IMG/VR virus record: IMGVR_UViG_3300022309_000008
Span: 1-50,754 of that record
From: a virus
Taxonomy: Duplodnaviria > Caudoviricetes
Length of the DNA stretch: 50,754 nucleotides
Direction: 5' to 3' (one strand)
Below the pieces are notes generated by a model. The model worked only from the letters and a program-made list of their open reading frames with translations. It did not search any database and had not been told where the DNA came from. The stretch's first letter is position 1; each line of letters begins with the position of its first letter. Both the position numbers and the translations under genes were made by a program. Shown here piece after piece: positions 1 to 9,322 of the stretch.

Positions 1-1795
1 CCAGAGCTCTCGGCCTTCCTGGTAATTCGCATTGCCGATGTGATCGGTAGTCGATGCAGCTGTAGGCCAGTTTGTAGCACCATTGAGCCATAGCGGACCC
101 CAGCCGTTGCCGATGTATAGAATGTTGCCGGAAGATGGCGGCTGAATTCTGATCGGCTCGTGCGATCTCATCCAGCCCTCTGTTGTATCGACGCGGACGC
201 TGGTTACTGTGTCGTAAGTATCGGCCTGCTGATTCGTGCCCGCGATCTTCGGAATGTAGACGCCATCGAATACGACGTTCACCGTGTGCACTTCACACAT
301 GCGGTCCATCTGGTCGCTCGTCGCAATGGTCGACAGGTCGCCAGCCAGCATGCCTCGGGGACGCTCCCAGACAGTCGCTGCGGAGGGTGTACCAAATACA
401 GGATCTATTCCCATATAGACTCCTCCAAATAACTTTAAATTATTACTTGTTGGAGCAAAGTACAAATTAGATGAACCTGATACTGTGTTACTTCCATGCA
501 TCACTTGCCCGAAGAACTGAAGTCTATCAGTAAAGTCTGATGTCTGGATCTGGTATTGTGCCGTTGCTGCTGGATCTGAATACATCTCACCAAACGCCAC
601 TGTATCCTCACACCCAAAATAACTGTCGAAATAATACCCCTGTGCATAAGCGTTTCCGAACAGAGCTAAACGTGATTGTGCGACTGCGTAATTAGCTCCA
701 AAATCCGTTTGTGTATAGTATTGGCTATTCCCCCCAACTGACGGATTTGTATATCCAGCTGCCGTCATATCTGAAGCATTCGACAACATTGTATTGGCAA
801 TAATCCGATTATCGTGCATTGTTTGCTCTGCCCACGTATTGCCGCCAGATTTCACAGTCAATCCCGCTCGCGGATTATCACGCAACAAATTTGCAAACAC
901 TACACCGTACTCGGTACTAGCAAGATTCATTCCGTCCGCGTGGCTTACGTCTTGATGAACCCCGTTTTCGTAACTGTGATTCATCGCGAATATCGCATGA
1001 ATACACCGTTGTGCAATATCTTGGGCAATGCCGGTTGTTCCACCCCATCGCGTAACGTTTCCCTCAACGATGGTACCGAATGATTCCATCACAGCGATTA
1101 GATCGCAATTGTATATGTCATTAAGTGCAGTTATTGTGTGCGTGCCGCTGCCGCCGGACACCGAGATCGCTGCACCATTCGACGTCGCAGCCAGTGACAG
1201 CGTATTGCTGCCATATACCGCATCGCGAGTGTAGTAGGTCGTCGCGAGCGAGAAACCTGTCGGCAGCGTACCAGTCGTGGTGAGCTGCACCGGGCAGCCG
1301 TCCGGGAAGCGGTGGCCTGTGCATGTGACCGTTGTACCAGTTGCAGTAAATGTTTTCGATGGATCGAATAAAGCAGTCGGAGCGGATAACCATGTTTGCA
1401 CCACATTGTTCCGCACCTTGCAACTGATCGAACCGCTGTCTGCATCTCCACCAACGCGAATGCCGTAGGATCGTGATCGTTGGATCAAGCAATCTGCTAC
1501 TTCCACATTTGTAGATTGGTAAATGTCTACGATGCCATGGCTATAAGTCGATGATGAAGCGTCGAAATATTGACCGCAGCGATCGAGGAATACATTACGG
1601 ATCTTGCCATGCAGGCAGTCGTCGCAATAGATCCCGATCTGCAGGGAGTCTTTGATGGCGCCGCCGTCCACGCTGAATTGCGTGCAGGTATCGAATGTGA
1701 TGGCTGCGTGCGAGTCTGTCCTATCGACCCAGTATCGTGTGAACCAGGTATGCGTGCCAGTTCCATCGCTCGTCAGATTGATCGCAGCCCCACCA
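1..1795. repeat. Diverged direct repeat of 48960-50754
   Basis: Identical over 1-102 and 1674-1795, with a constant offset and no net indel. The interior has many, largely synonymous, substitutions. Confidence 0.97.
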
Positions 1796-2784
1796 GGGGT
1801 CGTCGATACTTTCCAATGATAGGTTGAATACTTGACAGTATGCGTGCCGCTGCCAACGCCAGTAATATCTTTCGCACTCCCACCCTTTGTCAGCGATACC
1901 TGAAATGTGTTTGCCGTCGCTCCCACGATCCAATATACCGTATTCGTTAGAAGTCCAGCCGGAACGCTTCCTGTGCTAGTAAACTGTACCGCATCGTCAT
2001 TTACGAAACCATGCGATGTGATCGTTATTGTTTCAGTGCCAGTATCGACATCCGTAGTTGCAAACGTCTTCGTCAGTTTCTTGACATAGTACAACGTATC
2101 TGCGACCAATGGCGATGGTAGCGTTCCGGTGGAACGGAAGCGTACCTGGTCCTGATCGATGAGCTGCTGTTGGCCGGTCGTGATAATCGCATCGTGCCCA
2201 TTTTCTGCGACGCACGTGCCAGACCTGATCGAGACTTGCACCGGTCGCACATTCAACGCATAGCTTTGCGACGTCGGGGCCGAGGCGCAGGCATTTAGGA
2301 TCGTCGGATTCGTGATGCGGACGTTCGTGCATGTCGTCGCGCGTATCCCGTCTCTGTCTGAGCCCTCGAATACGCAATCCCTCACCTCAACATCCTCGCA
2401 GCTTACCAATGCCAGAGCGGCCGACGTGCCGGTACGAAGCGGCCACACGCAGTCCACAAATCGGAGATGCGTGCAGGTCGTCATCGTAACTGCCTTCTCA
2501 AACGTGCAATTACGGAATTCCACATAGTTTTGTGACGTCATTGACGCCGTGTCTTGGAACGTTGTTCCCTCAATCACTCGCCATCTTCCGGCCTGTGCTG
2601 TTGGTGCCGTGATGGTCGTGGGGCTGGCTTGCGTCGTGAAAGAATAGGTAGCATCCCCGATTAGCGAATGGATGGTGTCGATGATGCTTGTGCGGGCATC
2701 AGCAGGCGAGACGGCGCGCGACGTATTATCAGGGATCGCCGTTGCAATATCTGACAACAGAGTTGTGATTGTTTTGACGGCCAT
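1..2784 (-). CDS. Tailspike / beta-helix depolymerase-like receptor-binding protein, allele 1 (runs off the window start; about 987 aa when closed through 48959-48780)
   Basis: ATG at 2784 with a GAGGA RBS; starts MAVKTITTLLSDIATAIPDNTSRAVSPA. It is in the same frame as ORF 48780-50630 at offset 48959. Its absence from the ORF track is consistent with no stop before the edge. It has parallel beta-helix-like repeats and repeated HGF/HRF..V.FT.TG.LP fibre modules. Confidence 0.75.
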   Translation of the reverse strand, partial: MAVKTITTLLSDIATAIPDNTSRAVSPADARTSIIDTIHSLIGDATYSFTTQASPTTITAPTAQAGRWRVIEGTTFQDTASMTSQNYVEFRNCTFEKAVTMTTCTHLRFVDCVWPLRTGTSAALALVSCEDVEVRDCVFEGSDRDGIRATTCTNVRITNPTILNACASAPTSQSYALNVRPVQVSIRSGTCVAENGHDAIITTGQQQLIDQDQVRFRSTGTLPSPLVADTLYYVKKLTKTFATTDVDTGTETITITSHGFVNDDAVQFTSTGSVPAGLLTNTVYWIVGATANTFQVSLTKGGSAKDITGVGSGTHTVKYSTYHWKVSTTPGGAAINLTSDGTGTHTWFTRYWVDRTDSHAAITFDTCTQFSVDGGAIKDSLQIGIYCDDCLHGKIRNVFLDRCGQYFDASSSTYSHGIVDIYQSTNVEVADCLIQRSRSYGIRVGGDADSGSISCKVRNNVVQTWLSAPTALFDPSKTFTATGTTVTCTGHRFPDGCPVQLTTTGTLPTGFSLATTYYTRDAVYGSNTLSLAATSNGAAISVSGGSGTHTITALNDIYNCDLIAVMESFGTIVEGNVTRWGGTTGIAQDIAQRCIHAIFAMNHSYENGVHQDVSHADGMNLASTEYGVVFANLLRDNPRAGLTVKSGGNTWAEQTMHDNRIIANTMLSNASDMTAAGYTNPSVGGNSQYYTQTDFGANYAVAQSRLALFGNAYAQGYYFDSYFGCEDTVAFGEMYSDPAATAQYQIQTSDFTDRLQFFGQVMHGSNTVSGSSNLYFAPTSNNLKLFGGVYMGIDPVFGTPSAATVWERPRGMLAGDLSTIATSDQMDRMCEVHTVNVVFDGVYIPKIAGTNQQADTYDTVTSVRVDTTEGWMRSHEPIRIQPPSSGNILYIGNGWGPLWLNGATNWPTAASTTDHIGNANYQEGRELW

Positions 2785-2800
2785 TTATTGATCCTCTACC

Positions 2801-5551
2801 CTAAATTGCCGACGGCATGTCAGCCGCCGTTCGATTTTCCGCGAACGCTTGCGAACTTGCATGAATTGCCGCATACGATAGGCAATCCACCTGATCATCC
2901 ACCGCGCCCGGGTCTCCCGTCCACGTGAAAATTTCGTCTTCCCAGTCATCCAACCACGCTGGCCGGTCCGCTGGAAACCAAATCTTGCCGGTATACATCC
3001 TGTTAGCCGCGTCAGCACTTCTTGCTATCTTGTCCTGGCTTTTTGGCGGGAATGGCCTCATCGGAACCCCCAAATTCCGCAAAATCTGGTACAGGTGAAT
3101 CGATTGCGTGGTGTATTCCAACCCCACAAATGCAACGTGCCATCGCTGTGCCACCTCCCGCAATTCCTTGATCAGCTCCGGGCTTTCATCCCGGAACTTC
3201 CTGACGTCCCGCAACAGCAAATGACCGTCAAACGTCAGGGCCCACACCGTAATTACGTGCCATGACCGCTTTTGATTCCTCCGCGATTCGAACGGCTTTT
3301 CAGCTGGGGAATTTGTAGTCGTACTTGCCGAGTCTGCCATCACAAACCGCGTGATGTCCGAGTCTAGCACAGTCCTCCCGGCGAAAGTCAAGTATGCGCC
3401 ATTCTGGTCGTAATACTTCGCCCACCCCCTGCGGAATCGTCCATCGACCGATACGCCCCAATCCCCGGCCAGCAACTGTGCCCTTGTAATCGGATCCTTT
3501 ACCGACGCCGTCAAGTCGTCGATGTAGCGTTGTTGGTCCAGGTAGGGGTTGTCTTGGATAAACGCTGGGATGTGCGGTCTTTGGGGGTTCAGGCCCACGT
3601 AAAGGGGCTGCCCGCTCGGACCCAATAGCGTTGGGTGACGTCGGATGTCGAATCGCCGTTTAATCCATGCGTGACCGCGGCCGCCCGGGTTGGCTGCCAT
3701 CCGGATGCGAAGCGGGATCTTTGCCAAACCGGAATACTGGAGGCATGTTACGCAATCGTCCGCCGGCGCCTTGACGTGATGCGGGCATACTGTCCGACGC
3801 AACCGGGTGCAGACGTATTCGACCCAATCTTCCTCGAAATGACCGGCCTCGTCGAAGCCGATGTACTGGAATTCCGTGCTTTGGTACGTGTAGGCGTCGG
3901 TCATGTTGCGCAGCATGCCGAATTTGAGAATTGCCCCGCTTGGGAAATACCAGGTTGCGTCCTTGTGCCGCGCGTCCGTGCCCCGCAACCATTGCCGCGA
4001 CCGGTACAGCAGACTCCCCGGCGCCGACGCATCCGCAATCGTTTTCCGCACGATCAGGGCATGGTAGTTAGGGATGTCGACGTATTGCAGCGCAGCCATC
4101 AGAAGGGCATCAGAATTGTGCGTCGGGACCATCGACCGCCCCACCAAAAATAACCGGCTCGGACTGTCAACGCCAATACAGCGCATTGGTGCTGTTTCGC
4201 AGCGCTCACAGGCGATTACATAACGGAATCGTGTCGTACGACGAACCGCCAGTCGTTGTTTCTCGCGTTTGCGTTCAAGTCGAAATACGAATTTATCAGG
4301 CGTCCATTTCATGTCCCATTTGGGACCATAATCCTTGCCGTTGCAAAGCGCTCGCGATTTCACGCTGCGCACCTTCCATCCCAGGGAGCAAATAACCTCA
4401 AACACTCCCGCGGCAATCTGCTCATTGGTGGTCGTGAATTCAACCGAGCCACTACTGCAAACTGTCCCGTCGGTGTCCATCAGGCCTTGGAGTAGCGCCA
4501 GCCGTTGCTCCGGGGACGATCGCAGATATGCCGCGGGGAGGTGTTTGTTGCCAAACAGTCCCATCTGGCGCAAAACAGTCCGCAGCCCCAGAAACGAGTA
4601 GGTTGATGCTCGATTGTCAGGTTTCGATTGCACGGCTCCTGCACGGAATCCGGCGCCGACGAACGCCTGCAATAGTTCTGAATCGGCTGTGGTGAACGAC
4701 CCGGCTTTACTCGTTCCATCGCCCAACCACAGACCAAGAACATAGGGGTCTAGCGGCAGGACGGCTTCAGGCAGCGCCAGCGGTGCAGTGACCGGGATGG
4801 CATGATTGGTTCGGCCACGCTTTGTGCGGAGCGTCGTCGCGATCTCACGAGTCGTGCGAACCGATCCAGTCGGCCTGGTCGGAAGCGGTTTTGGCTGCCG
4901 ATTTCGCTTGGTGGTCATTGCGGACAGAAACTGCCGATGCGATTCGGTGAACTTTTTCCTGTTACCGCTGCCAACTGCTGATCTGCTCGCCCGCTTAGCT
5001 CGGCGGGAGGCCATCCATACTTCGTCCGTCTTTGTCAACCGGCTCAATTCTCTCGCATCGTAGGTGAGCCATTGATGATCGGCGCAGGATACGATTTGGG
5101 TGCCATCGTCGAACGTCATCCGATACGCTTCAGGAGCCAAGTCTACGGGTGATAGCCATTTCACTCGGCATACCTGGCCTAGTTCATCAAACACCTCGTC
5201 CCCGATGCGCAGTTCGCCAATCGTCATCCATCCCGTAGGTGTGACAATTGGCTCTGATAGTTGGACCTGCTTCCCGCCGCCGGCTGCGCCACCGTAGAAC
5301 GCCTCGCGATTATTCAGGCACAACAGCGCTCTTTGCTTTATTGTCGGTGCATGGGGGATGTACCGCGTTAGGCGTGGCGATAGGACTTGATGCAGACTTG
5401 GGTTTTCTTCAATCGCCCGTGCTAGATGCCCCTGTTCCGTCAACGATGCTGCCCTCCACGACTTGGTTAACAAGCCCGAGGTCTGACAACAGCAACAACG
5501 TCTGTGCCTTGCTTTCGGCTGATCCTCGGTCCAGATATGCCACTTGCTCAA
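2801..5551 (-). CDS. terL: Terminase large subunit, intein-containing (true start probably somewhat downstream of 5551)
   Basis: Walker A YGGAAGGGK|S split by the intein, Walker B YIGFDEAGHF, coupling motif MAANPGG, and C-terminal nuclease motif DDQVDCLSYA. Confidence 0.93.
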   Translation of the reverse strand: MSKWHIWTEDQPKARHRRCCCCQTSGLLTKSWRAASLTEQGHLARAIEENPSLHQVLSPRLTRYIPHAPTIKQRALLCLNNREAFYGGAAGGGKQVQLSEPIVTPTGWMTIGELRIGDEVFDELGQVCRVKWLSPVDLAPEAYRMTFDDGTQIVSCADHQWLTYDARELSRLTKTDEVWMASRRAKRASRSAVGSGNRKKFTESHRQFLSAMTTKRNRQPKPLPTRPTGSVRTTREIATTLRTKRGRTNHAIPVTAPLALPEAVLPLDPYVLGLWLGDGTSKAGSFTTADSELLQAFVGAGFRAGAVQSKPDNRASTYSFLGLRTVLRQMGLFGNKHLPAAYLRSSPEQRLALLQGLMDTDGTVCSSGSVEFTTTNEQIAAGVFEVICSLGWKVRSVKSRALCNGKDYGPKWDMKWTPDKFVFRLERKREKQRLAVRRTTRFRYVIACERCETAPMRCIGVDSPSRLFLVGRSMVPTHNSDALLMAALQYVDIPNYHALIVRKTIADASAPGSLLYRSRQWLRGTDARHKDATWYFPSGAILKFGMLRNMTDAYTYQSTEFQYIGFDEAGHFEEDWVEYVCTRLRRTVCPHHVKAPADDCVTCLQYSGLAKIPLRIRMAANPGGRGHAWIKRRFDIRRHPTLLGPSGQPLYVGLNPQRPHIPAFIQDNPYLDQQRYIDDLTASVKDPITRAQLLAGDWGVSVDGRFRRGWAKYYDQNGAYLTFAGRTVLDSDITRFVMADSASTTTNSPAEKPFESRRNQKRSWHVITVWALTFDGHLLLRDVRKFRDESPELIKELREVAQRWHVAFVGLEYTTQSIHLYQILRNLGVPMRPFPPKSQDKIARSADAANRMYTGKIWFPADRPAWLDDWEDEIFTWTGDPGAVDDQVDCLSYAAIHASSQAFAENRTAADMPSAI
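4115..5269 (-). mobile_element. Class 3 intein (385 aa) with LAGLIDADG homing endonuclease
   Basis: Begins QVQLSEPIVTPTGW and ends MVPTHN|S. Block B CADHQW, block F PMRCIGV and block G PTHN give the WCT triplet. LAGLIDADG motifs are YVLGLWLGDG and LLQGLMDTDG. Confidence 0.9.
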
Positions 5552-5822
5552 TTGGCTCTTGCTCGATCCCTGCCGGCATCGGCGGGTTTCGCATCACCAA
5601 AGCATGGTATTGCAATTCTAGCCTTGCTCCAGACATCAGAAGTTCCATCATATGCGATAGCGTTTCTGTGTCGTGTCGTTGTGCAGCTTGCAATGCCTCC
5701 AGCCCGACTCCATTTATCAGCGCTTCAACGGTTGATTCTTTCAGAACCCCCAACGTTAGCAGCCGCGCCGCCACCCTCTCATCCGGTTTAATGAATACGC
5801 GATCGTAAAGTTCATCGGCCAT
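5409..5822 (-). CDS. Hypothetical protein, possible terminase small subunit
   Basis: 137-aa helical ORF immediately upstream of and overlapping terL. The call is positional only. Confidence 0.45.
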   Translation of the reverse strand: MADELYDRVFIKPDERVAARLLTLGVLKESTVEALINGVGLEALQAAQRHDTETLSHMMELLMSGARLELQYHALVMRNPPMPAGIEQEPIEQVAYLDRGSAESKAQTLLLLSDLGLVNQVVEGSIVDGTGASSTGD

Positions 5823-6426
5823 TGTTGCTTTGCTCCCCAGCTTGTTGCCGCAATCGCACCATTTTCTTTGTTTCCCATGACCTTGAATATTCGGTGTTGG
5901 CGAACAGGGCCGAAAATCCGGTAATGTGCTTCAACTTCAACAACTCGTCCGGCTCCAACCCGAGATTATTGCAGATCTCTGGATCCGTCCAACCATTTTC
6001 AAGCATTTCGAACACAATCTTTGCCATGCCGTCAATCGAATGCTCCCCTCGTGCCCGATTGTGTCGGATCGTAGCCGCCATCCGTTCGTTGGGGCTCTTG
6101 TCCAGGACGACAATCGGCAACAACCCATTCAGCGATTCGCGAATGTCCGGGAATGTCTTTGCCACATGGTATCGGTGAAAGCCATCGACAATAACGAACT
6201 TGTCAAGCGCTGCGTCCCAAATCGTCACGACGGGTTGAGTGTAGCCGTCTTGCTTGATCGACACATACAACAGCTGCAATTCCTTGCTGGCCACCGCATT
6301 CGGGTTGTACGAATTTTGAATCACCATCTCGATCGGAACCCACCTGACATGGTCTATCGGGTGCGCACGCTGGGGGCTTTGTTCGTGAAGCCGCAACCGG
6401 TCCAATTCGATTTCGTCTGCGTCCAT
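5812..6426 (-). CDS. IbrB-like ParB/Srx nuclease-domain protein
   Basis: HPIDHVRWVP..NSYNPNAVA..L..SIKQDGYTQPVV..IVDGFHRY..RMAATIRHNRARGEH is the IbrB-type ParB signature. Confidence 0.85.
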   Translation of the reverse strand: MDADEIELDRLRLHEQSPQRAHPIDHVRWVPIEMVIQNSYNPNAVASKELQLLYVSIKQDGYTQPVVTIWDAALDKFVIVDGFHRYHVAKTFPDIRESLNGLLPIVVLDKSPNERMAATIRHNRARGEHSIDGMAKIVFEMLENGWTDPEICNNLGLEPDELLKLKHITGFSALFANTEYSRSWETKKMVRLRQQAGEQSNNGR

Positions 6427-7140
6427 TTACTCGCCCTCGCCGAATCCAATAGCCGCCGCTCGCCGCTCCACTTCTGCCCGAGCTTCCCGCGGAATGAACT
6501 TCGTCCGTCCTTTCATATGACGCCTTATTATGCCACGTCGCCAGAAGTCGTATGTAAACACGTCTGGACGATTCGTGAACTGGTGCAGCAAAGTGTAGTC
6601 CCAATCAGACTTCAAAACGGTATCGATGACCTTTTGATAAAAAGCAGCCGCGATCTCGTCATGCACGTATATTTGGGCTCCGCGCGACATCCGCTTTCGC
6701 AACTCCACTTTATGGCGATCGTCTTGCACTAGATTGTCCACAATGTGGTTGGCATAGTCCGCCCAACTCTGGAACATCAGCGGCAGCTGCTTGGGACAGG
6801 CGAACGCCGACCGCTTGAGATGCTTGATGGTATTGGCGCCGGTGATCCTCGGCGCGACCCGCTCCCATGTCGCCGGCTCGATCTCTTGCACCAATAACAG
6901 CGACTGTACCGCCGTCTCGTGGTGCAGGTTGCTTATCCGCATGTCCGGGACTCCAACCCCGTGCCGATACATGGAGTCATAAACCCGATTGTATGGCCAT
7001 CCGTTGTCGTGAATCGCTTTCCAGACGTCTTTCCAGCCCCAATCATAAATCGGGTAAAACGTGTAGTGCTGGTATTGCTTATCGTTAACCCGTGCCCACG
7101 TTACCCATTTGTAGCTTGGTTGTTCGGTCATCGCCACCAT
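6427..7140 (-). CDS. IbrA-like (PAPS-reductase family / DUF3440) protein, C-terminal half only; possible pseudogene
   Basis: FYPIYDWGWKDVW..YNRVYD.MY..G....MRIS is typical of IbrA, but the N-terminal SGGKDS PP-loop is absent. Candidate ATGs at 7140 and 7131 (ATGA overlap with the upstream stop). Confidence 0.7.
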   Translation of the reverse strand: MVAMTEQPSYKWVTWARVNDKQYQHYTFYPIYDWGWKDVWKAIHDNGWPYNRVYDSMYRHGVGVPDMRISNLHHETAVQSLLLVQEIEPATWERVAPRITGANTIKHLKRSAFACPKQLPLMFQSWADYANHIVDNLVQDDRHKVELRKRMSRGAQIYVHDEIAAAFYQKVIDTVLKSDWDYTLLHQFTNRPDVFTYDFWRRGIIRRHMKGRTKFIPREARAEVERRAAAIGFGEGE

Positions 7141-7682
7141 ATATGGAATTCCTCGCCACACTTGGGGCAGATGACGAAAATCTTGTCGGCCGCAGCCTCT
7201 TGGACGATGGAATTTGCCAATAACTCGGCAGCCGCGTCGACGTCCTCTTGTGTTACTGACGCATCCGCGATCGTCGCGACTCCAGCCCTGGCAATAATCC
7301 TTGACGCCTCAATCGTTGTGTAGCCGACGGCTTCAATCAGAGATGCCTCGAATGACTCCATAGCTTTTAGCTCAACCGCCAGCGCGTTTTGGTTCCAATT
7401 GCTCAGCTCGCCAATGCGGTTGTCAGCCACCCGATACGCCTTAGCGGCCTCCGGTGACAGGTCAGTGATCTGGCACATGACCGTTGGCCACCCGAGTGTC
7501 TTGGCAGCCGACAGCGTCCCGTTGCCCGCTAATACGGTATTGTCCGCCGTGATGACCAACGGCTTTTGCTGGCCGAACTGCTTGAGGCTCGCCGCAATTG
7601 CAGCAATGCTACGCTCGCTGTGCTCCCGCGGGTTGTTCGGGTCCGGTTTCAGTTTGTCCACCGCGATCGCCTTGATTTTCAT
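7128..7682 (-). CDS. ParB-like N-terminal domain protein with C-terminal CPKC zinc knuckle
   Basis: LKPDPNNPREH..IAASLKQFGQQKPLVI..VLAGNG..AAKTLG..AYRVADNR, ending VICPKCGEEF. Confidence 0.85.
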   Translation of the reverse strand: MKIKAIAVDKLKPDPNNPREHSERSIAAIAASLKQFGQQKPLVITADNTVLAGNGTLSAAKTLGWPTVMCQITDLSPEAAKAYRVADNRIGELSNWNQNALAVELKAMESFEASLIEAVGYTTIEASRIIARAGVATIADASVTQEDVDAAAELLANSIVQEAAADKIFVICPKCGEEFHIWWR

Positions 7683-7983
7683 ATCGCTTTTCTGCCAATT
7701 TTACTAGAAGTTTCATGCACTGGTAAAAGCCGCGACGATTGCCATGCTCCCGACAGTCTCGCGCCATAGCCCCCGCAAGGGCCGCCATTTGCTCCAGCTC
7801 GCGTTCTGATAGCCGCCCCGCGTTGGCGGCCGCTGCTGCTGTGCGCGCGTCCCCGCGGACGTGTGCTCGATCCTGGAATAGTGACCTGAACCAACATCGT
7901 GGGATCCCATCCCTGACCCTTGCCAAACTTCGGCCAGTCAGATGGTTTTGGACGAATTCCGCCTTTTCCCCTTCATTGACCAT
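7609..7983 (-). CDS. Hypothetical protein
   Basis: Fills the gap in the co-oriented gene run. Overlaps the next gene by 74 nt. Confidence 0.45.
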   Translation of the reverse strand: MVNEGEKAEFVQNHLTGRSLARVRDGIPRCWFRSLFQDRAHVRGDARTAAAAANAGRLSERELEQMAALAGAMARDCREHGNRRGFYQCMKLLVKLAEKRYENQGDRGGQTETGPEQPAGAQRA

Positions 7984-8033
7984 TTTGGCGTTTTATCGCT
8001 TGGTCATGGTTTTGGCAACTAGGGAGGCGCGCG

Positions 8034-8744
8034 TTACGATCGCTTTCGCATAGCACTCCGGGTTTGAGTCATTGGCATCAGCAACCCATGCAGTCGACCG
8101 TTATACGCCCGGAATGCAAGCAGTTGCTCCGTGCCATCTATGGTCGTAGTTACGTTTCTTGCTCTCAATCGCCTAGCCATTTGAGCTGCGGATACCTGGC
8201 CGATTGCCACGTCTGGCAGCTTGCTTATCAGCTCGGCATAGGCTGCGGAATAACACCAACCCCCGAATGCGTAGGAATAGTCCACGTCGCCGACCCCCTT
8301 GCACATATTGCAGGGGTTAATGCACCCCCGGGAATCGCATTTGTCGCACCCCCAGCCCTGGCAGAGTTTGCATTCTTCCGGATCGCTTCGAAAACATTCC
8401 GGACATGCCGATTCGCGACGTACTCGCGACATCCGCGATGCTTGCTTCATTCCTGTCAGCCGTTCCGTTTCCAGCATTGGCAGATGGCCGATGCTCGGCC
8501 GCTTTACCGCTTGCAGCTCGTCGTCACTTGACAAAATGATGTCCTGCGTCCAGCCGATGATGCGGGAGTCACTTGCAACGCTGACCCCCTCGGCTTGCCA
8601 TGGGGACGAAAAGTCATATTTGAACAATTTGTACTGGTCATCGCCGCAAAAAGGTGACAGGTCGATCGGCGGTTTCGGTTGGCGAATCAGCCACCAGGGA
8701 AGCGCGGCTGCCGATATGAGCTTGTTAAACGTTCGTCGGTCCAT
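8034..8744 (-). CDS. Protein with DnaJ-type CxxCxGxG zinc-finger repeats and a twin-arginine-like N-terminus
   Basis: CPEC, CKLCQGWG, CDKC and CNMCKGVG motifs. N-terminus MDRRTFNKL; AGGAG RBS. Confidence 0.7.
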   Translation of the reverse strand: MDRRTFNKLISAAALPWWLIRQPKPPIDLSPFCGDDQYKLFKYDFSSPWQAEGVSVASDSRIIGWTQDIILSSDDELQAVKRPSIGHLPMLETERLTGMKQASRMSRVRRESACPECFRSDPEECKLCQGWGCDKCDSRGCINPCNMCKGVGDVDYSYAFGGWCYSAAYAELISKLPDVAIGQVSAAQMARRLRARNVTTTIDGTEQLLAFRAYNGRLHGLLMPMTQTRSAMRKRS

Positions 8745-8759
8745 TGTTGCTCCTTTTGC

Positions 8760-9173
8760 TTATTCCTGCGCTAGAATTTCCACGACGTTTCCGCGGAGGT
8801 CCACGATTGCCACTATGGTGCCCTTGACGATAGCGCCAAACTTGTTCGTGCCGCGGAACTCCACATAGATGCGGAGGTGATCGCCCTGGTCCCAATATCG
8901 CGTCAGGACGTGTTCGTACGACCTCGGGTTGTCCATCGCCCGCAGGATCAACTCGGTCAGGCCCTTGTGTGACCCATCACGGTTGAAATGCTCCCTGATT
9001 CGCTCGACTCGTTTCCTGGCTCGCTCTTGCCGCTTTTCCTGCGGCGTCATGTAATCCGCCATCGTTGGCAACGGTTCGACGTTGGCTGGCGGGTCCGGAA
9101 CAACTGGTGGTTTCGTTTCGCCTGTGCAGCCAACAGCAGCAACAATAAGCAACACCGCGGCCGTCCGTTTCAT
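8760..9173 (-). CDS. Lipoprotein
   Basis: From ATG 9173: MKRTAAVLLIVAAVG-C lipobox, Pro-rich linker, C-terminal EFRGTNKFGA motif. Confidence 0.75.
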   Translation of the reverse strand: MKRTAAVLLIVAAVGCTGETKPPVVPDPPANVEPLPTMADYMTPQEKRQERARKRVERIREHFNRDGSHKGLTELILRAMDNPRSYEHVLTRYWDQGDHLRIYVEFRGTNKFGAIVKGTIVAIVDLRGNVVEILAQE

Positions 9174-9322
9174 TGTTGTTCCCCCTGGTCGTCCGGACAC
9201 ATTTCAATCAGTTTCTGATAGCAACACGTCAACGTCCGCAACCGCTGAATGTCGTCATTGGGCGTTTTAGCCAGCAATGCTTCGACCAATTTCAACCGCT
9301 TCTCAATCTGGTCTGTTTTCAT
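9170..9322 (-). CDS. Small hypothetical protein (50 aa, below the ORF-track cutoff)
   Basis: MKTDQIEKRLKLVEALLAKTPNDD...GEQQ*, with ATGA overlaps to both neighbours. Confidence 0.6.
   Translation of the reverse strand: MKTDQIEKRLKLVEALLAKTPNDDIQRLRTLTCCYQKLIEMCPDDQGEQQ

Noticed and set aside
1-1795. Diversity-generating retroelement TR/VR pair
   Set aside because: Mismatches between the copies involve all four bases and are mostly synonymous rather than adenine-specific. The repeat is about 1.8 kb and no reverse transcriptase is present.
5812-7682. Plasmid partition system (ParABS)
   Set aside because: Both ParB-like proteins are nuclease-domain types usually linked to modification modules, and no ParA ATPase was seen.
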